From Selaginella moellendorffii (Eukaryota; Plantae; Lycopodiophyta): 64,000 nucleotides of DNA. The DNA is taken from assembly GCF_000143415.4 (NCBI RefSeq), contig NW_003314271.1, positions 1,327,431 to 1,391,430 of the forward strand, written 5' to 3'. Within the stretch, counting starts at the first letter, position 1, and each line of letters opens with the position of its first letter. The notes under the pieces were generated by a model. The model was given only the letters and a program-made list of their open reading frames with translations. It was not told the DNA's origin and searched no databases. Position numbers and translations under genes: made by a program. Positions 33,672 through 46,929 of this stretch are shown here, piece after piece.

Positions 33672-36600
33672 AAAGTATCTTCTCTGTGAACCTGGTGAGT
33701 ACGCACTTTAAGTTTAAACACAAGCTCTGTATGCAAGAGCGTGGCCACCCCCAGATGCTAAAATGGCGTTAACAGCTACTGTTGAAGATACCCATGTTGG
33801 GCCGAGCTCACAACCTGCACAAGGTAAGGTCACGTGAGGCCTCACGCCATTTTGATTATAGATCGTTTTGAATATTCAGACACGAGGACTGAAAAGCACA
33901 CTGGTGGCACGTCGAAGAAGGACAAACAGACAAGCAATAGGAAAAAAGGAGGTACAAATTATATTTGCAATGGCGTGTGGTCTCATGCCATTCCTTGCAG
34001 GAGACACTTCTTCAAAGGCAAAATAGGCAAGCACCAGCCAAGTACAACGGACGAGAGGTACCAATCATTTTTGTTATACGTGAATTCTAATGCCATTGCT
34101 TCTTGCAGCTCAAATTCCAAAGAGACTAGGGCAAGCAGCGCAGACCTCACGACAAGAACCTGAAGGTTTAATGGCGTGTGGCCCCACGCAATTAACTAAT
34201 GTTCTTGCAAATTGCGTCGAGGAAATCGAACGGAACAACGTGCCTCCAGTGGAGGAGGGGGAGGCCTCGGAGAGTGATAAGGAGAGTTCCGAAATAGGTA
34301 CAATCATGACATATGGCCCCATGCACTTATCTAAGTTTGTATTTCAGGGGAACGAGTTGAACTAATGGAAAACTTTATGAAAGGTAACTTAAAAATATTA
34401 TGGGATGTTGCATGTGTTGATGCAATAATATACAGTTCAAGTGCCAAGGAGACGTCGTGAACCTCGAATTAGGCTACCTGCAAAACAGCTTTCAGACGCT
34501 GTAGACAAAGAGATGGACAACCGACCAGGGCAGAGGAGGAAGGGTAAAAGCATTTGTGTGCTTATTGCGTATGTCCTCATGCTATTTCTGTAGAACGGGC
34601 GCATAAGAAACAAAAGCGAAAGGGAATTGAGGAGCAGGCACCTGAGGATGCGGAAGGCACGACAGAGCCTCCAAGGACAGGAAGTAAAGCGTCATGGTTA
34701 TTGCATGGGTCCTCATGCCATTTCTTGCAGATCAAGCTCAAACTGACAGTGGTCATAAAAAGCGAAAGCACGTTAGACAGTCATCGGGATCAGAGGCGTT
34801 TGATTCGAAAAGGAAGAAGGGCAACGAAAAGATGATATGTAATGCCTCGTGGTTATGGCGTGTGTGCTTATGCCATTCATTGCAAATCAAGGGCTGAGTG
34901 AAAGCAGCCAGTCACCACCTCCTGACTCAGATTCCTATGGCGGACTCCCCTTCCCCAATCTCAATGGAGAGGTACAATGGATGAGGGATGTTTTTCAAGT
35001 CAGAGCCACGTTTTTCTCATCTCGTCGTCTTCGAAGGGTGCAAGAACGTGCAGAAACCATGTTAAGACAGTCGGGTGAGGATACGGTCCTAGGTCACGCA
35101 CTAAAACAGGCTATGGATGTCTTGTATTTTGAGATGGAGACTCAGCCAGATGATTTTCCCAAGATGGTCCTGGAAAAACAAGCCATCCAGCCTGAGCAGC
35201 CTATGGAAGAAATGCAGGAGGGGGATGAGGAGCCAAAGAAAGATAATGAGCAGGAAGAGCAGAAGGACGAAGAGGAGGACAAAGAAGAGGAGGACGAAGA
35301 AGAGGAGGACAAAGAGGACTTGGATGGTCCTCACAATGGTGATGATCACAATAACGACGATGACAATAATGACGACGATGGCCAGCCTGAGGTGGCCAAA
35401 GAGCAGCGGAGGAAGGTCATACAAGACAAACCATCAGGTAAATAATAGTACATCCATTCCTAACCTTTTACCATTTCTAACATTGTCCATGTAGGTCGTA
35501 GAGCAAATGGTAAGTAGAGATTATTCAGTTGAATTAAGATACAAACTCTAGCCTTTAGTGTCGAGGAAGGATAGTGCCAAGCAAGGGTCGAAACGTATGT
35601 CCAATCCTTCAGAATCAGCAGTGCGCCCAAGTGATATTGGTCCTAGTTCCTCAATAGCAGTTGATGGTAAATACAGTATAGTCGATTCAATGTGCTAATG
35701 AGTTTTTTTTTAGTAGCACGGGAGGATACCATCTCAATCGAAGGGAGATATTTGGACATGCATATGGATCCGCCAGTGGACTCTACTTGCCTGCAAGAGT
35801 CATCAGAGCTAGTGGAGGCTACTATCCATATCAACGCCAAGCAAGCTGACCACGCTCCACTTGATGCTGCTCATACCACTGAGTCAATTTTGTCCACGTA
35901 TCCAACTGACGGTGACCAGGCGCCATTGGACCCGCATGAGGCCGCCCCAGCCGCCGAGCCGGTCGTATCCTCATTTCCAACGGACTCAACGTGTGCCCAA
36001 TCGTCTGACTACGCGCCATTGGAACCTCCCTACACCGCCCCTGCTGCCTGTTCGGTCATGTCCACTTTGCCAACGGAGGCACCAGCTGAAATGGCGTGTG
36101 ATCACACGCCATTGGAACCACCCCATGCCACTGTTGAGCCAGTTGTACCAGAGTCTACAGCTGAAATGGCATATGCCCACATGCCATCGGATGCGATTGA
36201 CCCCACATTACAGAGGAGAGTATTTCCGCCCTTCACGTTTCCTCGACCAAAACCCTCTCAACGACCATCGGGAGCACCATTCGCTAATATTGTAGATGGT
36301 AAAATTGACTTGTACCATTTTTTATGCTGACGCATTTCATTTCAGAGTCACGGCGAAGGTACTGTATCGTTTTTGATCTGAACGGTGTCCTTTTCTCCCA
36401 TGAGCGTGGCTCGTCCTCGAATGTCACTGCACCCTCCAAAGCCTGCGGTCGCAAGTTGGTCAAAAGAGACAGATTCACATTAATCACACGGGAGAAACTG
36501 CGGGATCTAATAATGACCATGCGACACTTAAAACAGAGGGCCGGGTTCAATTTGCAATTGGGAGTTTGGACATCCATGATGCACCACAATGCATTAATGT

Positions 36601-37208
36601 TGCTACAGATGATGCACGATCAGACGCGAGTAATATTACCATTTGACTTTCTCCTAACGCAGGAGGATTGCTTGACTATGGTCCATGTGAGGGGTAGCAA
36701 GCCCATCTTCGTCAAGCTAGAGGCTGTAGTGATGAACCGGACTGCTAGGTCAAGTGAAATCCTCATCATCGATAACTCGCCGATTAAAACTGCAACGAAC
36801 ACGCACACATATGCAGTGCACCCCATCTCTTGCAGTATGGAAACTAGGGAGAAGAAACCGTATGTTCTGGGGGACCTTGCAAAACGGCTTGGAGCGATGG
36901 TGATAGAGAACCGGCCAGTCCAGGAGGTGGCTGCAGAAATCAACCAAATGGCAAATGGAACGGTATATTAGAAGCCATTTGATCGGACAGACACCAGTCA
37001 TCATTTATGGCATGTATATTGTCTAGCCAAGCACTATCCGCATCTCCATAATCTGCTCAACCGGATGGGTTCTTTGACCATTGAACATGAGCGTGGATGT
37101 ATTAGAGAAGAGATGGCATTACTATTGGGTTTAAATCCTGATAATGTGGAGAGTGATGAAATTCCAAGATTATTGTATAGGCGTTGGAGGCAAAAAATAA
37201 CAGTCTGA
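33672..37208 (+). pseudogene. 3' half of accessory gene (acidic linker exons + HAD phosphatase), premature stop at 36969-36971
   Basis: ORFs 34849-35445, 35692-36330 and 36324-36971 are near-identical to those of copy 1. Confidence 0.88.
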
Positions 37209-37650
37209 GATGGCATGTATTTATTTAAAAATGTAACTTATTATGGCATGGGGTTCCATGCCATTGTATTAATATTAAAAGACAATTCTTTGAGAGGATT
37301 TGCATTATACTAGAAGTGTTACAACATATTATTGGAAGTCTACAAAGTTGTTTTATTAATAAGGGGAAAGTAAAGATTGAATGGGGACTTGGGCTCTACC
37401 TAGACTCGGAGCAACTGAGCCAATATTAAAAGGATGGAAAGAAATTGGACGACAATGACAAGGAGAAGAGAGAGGTGAAGCAGTGGCAGGGGGAGGAGAA
37501 GTGATTGAGTAGACATTTCCTTGTTTAAAATAAAATGGCATGTGCCTCAATGCAATTGAATTTTGTTATATTTATATACTATATAAAGGTTTGGAAACCT
37601 TATTTTACAAGTGGGATAATGACAATTCCCACTTTAACGAAATAGAGCTT
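33672..37650 (-). mobile_element. Truncated, inverted second copy of the Sola-like element (one TIR plus the 3' half of the accessory gene)
   Basis: Reverse complement of ~3789-7061 with an extra 694 bp (34043-34736); TIR ends at 37650; flanks TGG(A) and TGGT fit a 4-bp target. Confidence 0.93.
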
Positions 37651-37699
37651 TGGTTAAGTGACTAAAGTAGAATGGAAAATTTAGTCACTTACAATCTTA

Positions 37700-40600
37700 T
37701 CTCTCACTTGATAGGATACATCCTAACAATGTTGATCCTTATCACATCAATAAGTATCCTAAGCTTTGTCCATCATCTTAGTAGCTAAAGACCAACCTTG
37801 GTGTAGCTACTCCACATAAGTCTTAATGGTAGAGACCACCACTTTGGATATTGGTTTCAATACAACAATCTATTAAGGAACCCCACAAGCATTCCCTTGC
37901 AACATCTCCTATGGAGAACAGCCAATAGCACTATGAAATGTGTTATTATAATAGATTTTTGCTATGTTCAAATGCTCAACTTAGTCACATTGCTCTACTG
38001 CAACATAGTACTATAGATAATCTTCAACTTGAGCATTCACATGTTTCTACCCATCAGTTTGAGGATGATAAGCTATACTAAATTTCAACTTGGTACTAAA
38101 TAACTAGAATAGTGTGCCCAAAAACTTTCCCATAAAACTTAAATCTATCCAAGATCATCTCTTCGGGAAGACCATGAACCCATACTACTTCATGGAAAAA
38201 AAAGCTTTATTATTTGCTTCACATTCATTGCTTTCATAGTTAGAATGAAGTGTGCAATTTTCGACAAGTAATCCACAACCACCATCAAGTATCATAACCC
38301 TTAGACTTCAGCAAGCAAGTGATAAAGTTAAGTATCACACTCTAAAATGGCCATGCTAATGCTAGAATGCACTACAACTTCCTAGCCTACTTCTCAAATC
38401 TTCACTTACACTGCTAACATATAGGGCAAGAACAAACATAGTTGCATCACCTTCCATACCAAATAAGAAAAATCCCTTTTTCAATAAAGAAAGAGTCTTT
38501 AGTTTACCATTATGTCCTCCTGCCGGAACATTATGATGTTCCCATAGAAACTATTGTCGCAAATCCTTAGAGGGAAGATACAATCTTTCTTACTTATAGA
38601 AAATAAACCTATTCCGAACTAAGAAGTGAAGTTTTGCATTGGCACGACTAAGGTTTAGCTTCAACAACTCCGCACAATGCAAGATTGCCTTCGCCAATGG
38701 ATCACTTCCATATGAAACCCGAATGTCCTTCAACCAATTTGAACTAATTGCCAATATTGCTTGGAATTGAGATGACTTAACACATCTGAAACAATATTGT
38801 CTTTACCATGTTGTTAGATACTTTCAATATCAAATTTAGTGAGCTTCTTTTGCTAATGAGCCTACTTTGGCATAAGCTTTGGGTATGTAGCAAAGCAGTG
38901 TAGTGTGTTACTATCCATATAAACTTTGATATGTCCACTCTCCAATATTTCAATGCCGACACTATAGCAAACATCTCTTTCTCATATATAAACCATCTTC
39001 ATTGGGTCTTATCCAACTTCTTGGAATAAAATATAACAGGACAACCACGTCACCTTAGTGTAACACCAACCATATTGTCACAATCTTGTTGCAACATGGC
39101 ATCTATAGCATAGCTAGATACATCACAATGCACTTCGAAGGGTTTATCAAAATCTAGGATCTTGAGAATAGGAACCGTAGTCAAAATCTCCTTCAACCAT
39201 ATAAAATCACATTGACAAGTTAGTGTCAAATAAAATCGTATACTACCTTTTGTTAACTCAGTTAACGGAAGAGTAGTACTTGCAAAATTGTAAATAAACT
39301 TGCAATAGTATCCCTCCAAACTGAGAAAGGAACAAACATTTGCTAATGAGGATGTGTATTGATTATTGGGCTCTTAACAAGATCACAATCAAAAATAGTT
39401 ATTCTTTATTTCGCATTGATGACCTTTTTGACTAGCTCTTAAAGGCTAAGTATTTTATGGGACTTGATTTGTGGTCTGGGTATCATCAAATACAGATGGC
39501 AAATCAATATGTGGAAAAGATAGTCTTTAAGACTTAGTACAAATCCTATGAGTTCCTTGTTATGCCGTCCAAGTTATGTAATGCCCTAGCTATGTTCAGT
39601 ACAATGATGGATAAAATATTTGGAGATTATTTAGACACGTTTGTTATTCTATATATTGATGATATTCTAGTCTTCAATGAAACATTGAAAGATCATTTGA
39701 AACACTTAGAGCTAGTGTTTTAGAAGTTTCATGAACACAAAGTGAATGCTAAGGAAAGTAAATATGCTTTTGGACAATTGCATGTGAATTTTCTTGGGCA
39801 TATAGTCGGTGGTGCCATAATTGAAGTGGATCCAAAGAAGGTGGAAGTAGTGAAGTTCTTAAAAGTTTTGATCACTATAACAAAAAGAACCGGCACTCCA
39901 TAAGGTGACTTGTTTGGTTGGATATGACATTTGCTAAGAAACTCTATGAGTTTCTTCTTAAGTTTAGCCATCTTCTTGATGTTCAAATGATATGGAGCCT
40001 TTATAAGTGGTTCAAAATCCAGAAAAATCTTAATTTGATGATCAATCTCACGGCTAAGAGGTACCCTTGGTGGCAAATCCTTTCGAAAGATATCTTAATT
40101 CCACACCAACAACTCTAATATTTCCTTTGGTATAGGATTAACCCTATCACCAATTTGAATTGGGTCACCATTACCCTTAGCTTTCATCACTTAACCCAAA
40201 AAGTCTGACATCCCTTTTTAGCTACTTTTTGAGTAGCTCTCATAGTCAAGAATTTAGCATCCTAATCCTTTGAAGAATGCTTTTGCAATTGAAAGGACAC
40301 ATCAAGATGTTCTTCTTACCTCAATGTATAAATAGCTTTGATATATTTGTTGAAAAAATCCATACTAAACACCATCTGAAAACCTAGTATCTTCAACACT
40401 ACCAAGTCCAACCTTTCTTTCCACTTGCATATTTTTATTGGAACATCACTCACAAATCTTTTAACAATTTGCCCACCTTTCGTAAACCAGAAGTATATGG
40501 GCAACATTTGCTTGGCATTCAATCCTAACAACTTAACTAAGTCTTTGGATATCATGTTGTACATAACTCCCATGTTAATCATCACTTAGATTCAGTGTTT

Positions 40601-41370
40601 GTGGACAAAGCCTACTAGATACATTAACAGATTAATATTTTTATTGACTACAAGAAAAACTTAAGGGAAGTAATAAAAATAACTCACCTCCTATTCCTTA
40701 TAGTCTGCATTGACCAATTCGTCAACCCCTTCAGCTTTACCACCATCGTCTTCCCTTATGATATTAACACAAAACCCTGTTTTATGCTTGTTGGGACATT
40801 CCGAGGACCTATGCCCTACCTCTTCACAATGGAAGCAATGACGCACACTAGCCATTCTGTTAGGAGCAAGTTTTGCAAGTTATTGTTGCTTGTACCCACC
40901 AAGAAGAGGAATAAAGGGCTTAGGACCAAAAGAAGTTGCTAGTGGTCACTAACCACCTTTGCTAACTATTGCTTATGAGCCTCCAAAGCAGAATTTTCCT
41001 TCCATCCTTTATTTTCAATAACCTTGTTTATTCCTAGAGTTCTTATTCTTGTCTTAGGTATCAGTATATGGCTACTGATATTGTTCCATGAGCGAGTGAT
41101 TGAAGGCAATTTGTTATGTTGCCTCTTTACATTCTAGGTATGCCTTTAGCTTAAACTTCAAATCTCATTATAAAATAGTGAACTCAAACTTTCTAGGAAA
41201 TAACTTTGAGCATCTTCGTCACTCATATTTGCAATTATAATGTGCTTCTAAGTAAATGCATTAATGTAATGCATAAAGTCCCCACACTGCTTTAATTGCC
41301 ACAACTCCATGTGAAGTCTCAAACCAAGATTATCTGGTAAGTATTCTTTACAAATACGAGACTACATCTT
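37700..41370 (-). pseudogene. Highly decayed Ty3/gypsy gag-pol with an inverted RT core
   Basis: Minus strand: CFHCEEVGHRSSECP (~40800), PR-like 40316-40585, SPYGVPVLFV, FEVHCDVSSYAI, MFAIVSALKYW, integrase remnants. Plus strand 39350-39860: [10 protein letters not shown]...YIDDILV...VDPKKV. Confidence 0.85.
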
Positions 41371-41372
41371 AC

Positions 41373-43237
41373 TGTGAGACACAAAATCCCTAGGCCCCAA
41401 AGTGGAGCCGGAAAGGGTGCCACGTGGTAGTGGCCGAAGCAAAAGCCAAACAAGCATAACACGTTTGGACAAAAAGCTCCAACTTGGAAGGTCGAGAGCG
41501 GGAGTGGAACTCCCAACAAAGTGCTCAAGGAGCAAGCATGAGGCAACCAATAAGCAAGGCCCCAAGAAGGACCCAAAAAGGACCAACGCATGACACGTGG
41601 AAGTGTCTAAGATGGAGTCCGAGATAGACCTGAAGTGGAGTCCGAGATGGAGTCCGAGATGGACTCGAGATAGAGTCTGAGATGGACCCGAGTTGGAGTC
41701 CGAAATGGACCCGAAGTGGAGTCCAAGATAGAGTCTGAGATGGACCCGAGATGGAGTCCAAGATGGACCCGAGATGGAGTCCGAGATGGACCCGAGATGG
41801 AGTCTGAGATGGACCCGAGATGGACTCGAGATGGACCCGAGATGGAGTCCGAGATGGACCTGAGATGGAGTCCGAGATGGACCCGAGATGGACCCGAGAT
41901 GGAGTCCGAGATGGAGTCCGAGATGGACCTAAGATGGAGTCTGAGATGGACCTAAGATGGAGTCCGAGATGGACCCGAGATGGAGTCCGAGATGGACCCG
42001 AGATGGAGTCCGAGATGGACCCGAGATGGAGTTCGAGATGGAGTCCGAGATGGAATACGAGATGGACCCGATATGGAGTCCAAGATGGAATCGAGACCAA
42101 GACCGAGGCCAAGACCAAGTCCAAGTCCGAAACCGGGACCGAGACCGAATCTAAGTCCGAGTCCGAGTCCGAGTCCAAGTCCAAGTCCGAGTCCGAATAC
42201 TAATACAGGTAGTTGGGTGAAAGCCTAAAGCGATCGTCCCCCAAGGGGGGGGGCTGCGGGGGGTTCCAAAAGTATAGTAGGGAGAGTGTGGGGGTTGGAG
42301 CCCAGTGGAGCCAGTTTGGCCAGGAAAGGCCAGTTTGGCCCAGGAAAAGCCAATTTGGCCCAGGAAGGCCATGCCCAGTGTTGGGTGATGAACTGACCAC
42401 TGAGAAGTCCAAGACTAGAGTGAATACAGACTAACAAGCACGGTAGCTTGGTGAAGTGTTCAAGAGCTGACTCTAGTTCCCCAGGGAGATCGACTGGCCG
42501 ATGCTCCCAGTCCAAGTGTGGGTGGCACTACCTACTTGGATACCTGGCATGGCTCAATAGAACCTTGCTCTAAGCCCATGGCTAGAGCACCCAAAGGTGG
42601 AAGGCGGGGAAAGTACCCAGGAGGCCCGTATAGGGCCACGGTGTTCCGAAATGTTGTTCCAAAGGCCTAGACTGTGGAAAGGAAGAGGAGTAGTCCTCTA
42701 GTGTAGTGACCAAGGATACAGTTGGGTGGTGAGGAAGTCCTAGAGGACCGTGGGACTTAGTGGTCGGGCCTGTGGGCCTCGATCTAGTGGTAGTGTTGGT
42801 GAACACGGCCATGGGTAGAAAGGGACTTGGTGGGGACCGGAAAAGGAATATTAGGGAAGGCTAATCCCCACGTCTATGGGCATCCTAAGGATGCTAAGGT
42901 GTGGATCTGGATTGATCACTCATGGACGGATGGCCTTGTCCTCGGGAGACGGGATTGTGATGTAGGTGGTTTTAGACCACCAGTGTGACCAAGGTGAAGG
43001 GGCATAGCTTTAGCATAACAGGCTGATATGTCATCAATACCTTGGGGTGTCGGTTATGGGATCGGACACATGGAGCACTTGGACTAGGTGCAAAAGTTGA
43101 GTGGCGGGGATGCCATTCTCGAGGCTAGCAAGCCCAAGTCCAAAATAGGATTTATGGAGGTTGTAAGAGAGACTCTTCCAAGTGGTCGGAGGTGTGGTTA
43201 AGTGACTAAAGTAGAATGGAAAATTTGGTCGCTTACA
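41373..43237 (+). mobile_element. Solo LTR (family B) with an expanded GAGATGGA(G/C)(T/C)CC array
   Basis: TGTGAG...TTACA ends; 5-bp TSD CTTAC (41368-41372, 43238-43242). Confidence 0.93.
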
Positions 43238-44430
43238 CTTACTCTAACTTCTAGTTTACCCTTTTTCAGCACACACCTAATGCCACTAATTTTTGGCATG
43301 ATTGGTGAGAAAGAACTGTATGCACACAACTTTTGTACAATCACCTCAGAAACAGAGGGAAGATACAATCTTTCTTGCTTAAGCCCATCCCAAATTAAGA
43401 ATTAAAGCTTTGCATTAGCACGAATAACAACTTTTGCTACTTTGATACCATATATAGTGCATTTTATTTCTCTCCCCTACTGAGTTAAGAGGAATTAACA
43501 CCTCCATTTCCACATTGAAATTATCAATTCTTCTATTATGTAGATCAACTGTTCCATATAAGATAATTAATCATCCACCTATACCGCAATCCTATGGTAG
43601 ATACATTATCCATGGATGCCTTATAAGACAAAGGACATACTTATGAATTCTCAATATATACGATTTCAATTTTAGAGGTAGAAATATACTTTGCTCAAGG
43701 GTATATTATATTTTAAATAGCCATTAATCAATGGGAATCAAACCCATACCATTTGCTCTAATACCACATATATCTATTTCCCTTTAAAATAACAAAAAAA
43801 GATAATTATTTGACCTTAATGATTAATTTATCCCCATTTATCCCTCAAGGTTCCAAGGATCCATAGTGATAATATATTCAAATCTCATCCCATAATCATA
43901 TGTGTTATAATATGCAACAAGTTTACATCAATAATTATTTTTTACCTTTCCAAATGATATATAGCCTTGCAAAACTTAATTAATAATTTTAAAATTTTGA
44001 CAAACATGATATTTAAAAGCATAAAAACACATAGTATGGATTTAAAGAAAGTGTGAAGAAGGTAATTTTTTCTTCAAATAAATATTATTTTATTTTAAGT
44101 TTTAAATAACTTATTGATTACAAAGTAAATATTTAAATTCTTTGATAAGAAGTTTCCCTCAAACGAATTTATTTATATAAACTGTAGAGAAATATTAAAA
44201 TAAAGACTTTTTTAAAATTATGATATTTTTATTAAACTACAATTGAAAAAATGAGATTAGCTTGCGAGCTGAACACTTTAGCTTATGAGCTAAAATCTTT
44301 CACTCATGAGCTTAAAAGTGATCTAAACTCTAGCTTAACAAAAGAAATTAAACTACCAAATATCAATCCCAATATATAATATGACTTTCCTAGCCAACCA
44401 ATAAAGTCAAATTAAGTTCTCAGTACAAGG

Positions 44431-44616
44431 AGTAAACTTTTTAGTTTAAGCTTTTAGGGATATCACCCATCCAATACTATCCAACCTCAAGATGTTTAAT
44501 TTCAATTACTCCAAAACTTTTAAGCGATTGAAAAAGAAATTATTCTTTTATTCATAAGTATTTTTGTTAACCCTAATGAACCTTTTCATAAGCCATTCTT
44601 TTTGGCTGTTGATACA
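44431..44616 (-). mobile_element. Decayed Cassandra-like LTR relic
   Basis: Aligns by eye to 26065-26258 (GGGATATCACCCATCCAATACTAT...GATGTTTAATTTC...GCGATTGAAAAAG) with C>T and G>A decay. Confidence 0.6.
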
Positions 44617-46929
44617 GCCTTTATCTACTTTCACTAACAAAAATAAAAATAACAAAAAATAATAATGATCGCTTGAAATAACAATATATATTGTGTATTT
44701 TGCTTAATTCTCTTTCACAATATAAATTGAATGAATTATGTTTTCTTATATCAGTGGCTTCTTATATATCAAGCATATAGAGTTTTCCATAAAGTGGGTT
44801 CTTTGAGAAGGATGTATTGATATAACATTATGATATTATTCAGGTATTCTAAAGTAATAAAACCTATAAGAAACCCCATTAAGAAACTATAAACTAAAAC
44901 CATAATATTTCAGTGAATATGTCAGTACACTATAAAGTTTAGAAAGATAGTACTTTCAAGTAATATCTAGAAATATGGAAAAACAATTATATAGCTTAAA
45001 GGAAGTATATCTTAAATTATGTAGTGTATTGATAAACCACAGTATAATAAATAAACAATAACTCAATAAGTCAATATAAAAGTACTAATATTTTCTTCAC
45101 TAAAATTTCAAATTTAAAAATATTCAATTACCATAAATAACTTTAGAATGGAAATGCAATTAAAGAATATCTGTTATCTATATAAAGAGGGCCAATACTT
45201 TTAAATTTTACCATTAGGAACCATCAATGGAAAAACAAGAGCAAAGTTGTAGTGCTTAATATTAATTTTAAAATTATTACTTGTAGAGTGAAATTAAAAA
45301 ATATGGTAAAGATGGAAGTAATATCACTTGTTCATTTTGGCAATTTGTAAGATTTTCATAGTGCATTACAATTATAACCAATATGAAAGTTTGAAACTTG
45401 TGAATCATTATAAATGCTATAGTTTGAAGACTAAGGAGGTTCATTACATATTGTTTAATTCTCATTATAATCAATAATAGTTTCAAATATCTACAATTTT
45501 TTATCAAATTGATTATTATTTGAGTTTGCAATATTAAAAACGTTGGTTTTATATTTCATCTTTTGTATAATTGCCCTCAAAACATAACAGAGGCGATGAA
45601 TTTTCCAAGCATTTTAAAAGTACTTCAACACATGAAAAAAGTGAAGTAAGAGATAAAAGTATTAATATAGATACACATCACAATATAGTAGAAAGATAAG
45701 AAAACTGTGTTCCCTAGTGAAACGAACAGTCCTAGAATATTCCTTCACCTAGCAAGGTATGTGGGAGAAGGGCCAAAGGTTTTGTGTGCATCTTCATTTA
45801 GAAGGGTCTGAATTGGTATTGCTTGGGCTTGCTGATTTGGAGAACGGTTCGATTTCCAAAACTGAAAGCTTAATTTTGAGAAGGGTTGAGAAGACAAAAA
45901 TAGCAATAGATACTTGATATGCAAAAAATTCAAGGATGGAAACAAAATCAATAGAAAAATCCAGCTATCATTTTGCATACGTACAATAGCCCTGCACCAA
46001 AAGTCTCAAAGAAGAGTGAGAGAGAGAGAAAAGCATACATTTTAGAATATGCTTTAAATTTGGTAAGTGGTCTAATGTCCATCTCTGCATCTACTTAGCT
46101 GACAATCATATCCACACACACACATAATGCTCAGAACCCTTGCCAGCTCTCTAGCTTCCCATGTATGGAAAGCTGGAGCAACGTAGTGTCAAAACCAGTC
46201 CATCACTACTGATATCCTGATTCTTGCAACCCAACATTCCTGCAGAAACTGCAAACTGGTTGGATCACCAGCTCTACCCTTGAGAGCCGGAGCAAGCCTA
46301 CTCGCATGTATAGCCTGCCTTCCCTCTCTGACCACCCATGCCCCTTCCTCATTATCCATAAATGTTTTCCCATAATCATGTTGACTGAAGGTGGCCCATG
46401 GGCAGTAGACTTTTAGTATTGTACTAGTACTACCCAGCAAATAGTGAATACAAAAGTGTTAATGCTTATGTATGTAAATTTGTGAAGATCAATTAATTAA
46501 TAAAATCTTCTTGTAACTAAAAAGAAAGAGTGTTACTTGGTATATACAAAAAAAAAAAATCTTTTAAAAGTATTAATGTAAAATTTATATAAAAGACTAA
46601 GTATTTGAAATATATAGAATGTTTCAAACCATGACTAAGTTACAAATTTAAAAATCCCCCCAATGATACCTTATATAGACGGATAGAGATACACTCTGCG
46701 AGTACATGAAAAAATTGTGTTGGAAGGACAAACACAACCTCAATACCTCAGTGATGAGCGTGTGGGTGAAAGCACCAGAGGAAATGTCTTATGCGATAGT
46801 CTTCCATGCCAAGGAAAGACTTTTCCTGGCATTTTGACTTGGAAGTAAAACATACTCTGGAATCCAGCCGGTGGAGACACTCCTCAATTGAAAGGAATCG
46901 ATTGATATGGAAGAACTTTTTGAAAACTC

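Larger units (their letters stand above)
32162..37693 (+). repeat. 3' LTR (family B) of an older outer element, interrupted by a DNA-transposon fragment
   Basis: Preceded by a PPT; 32162-33671 plus 37651-37693 is collinear with the solo LTR at 41373-43237. Confidence 0.88.
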
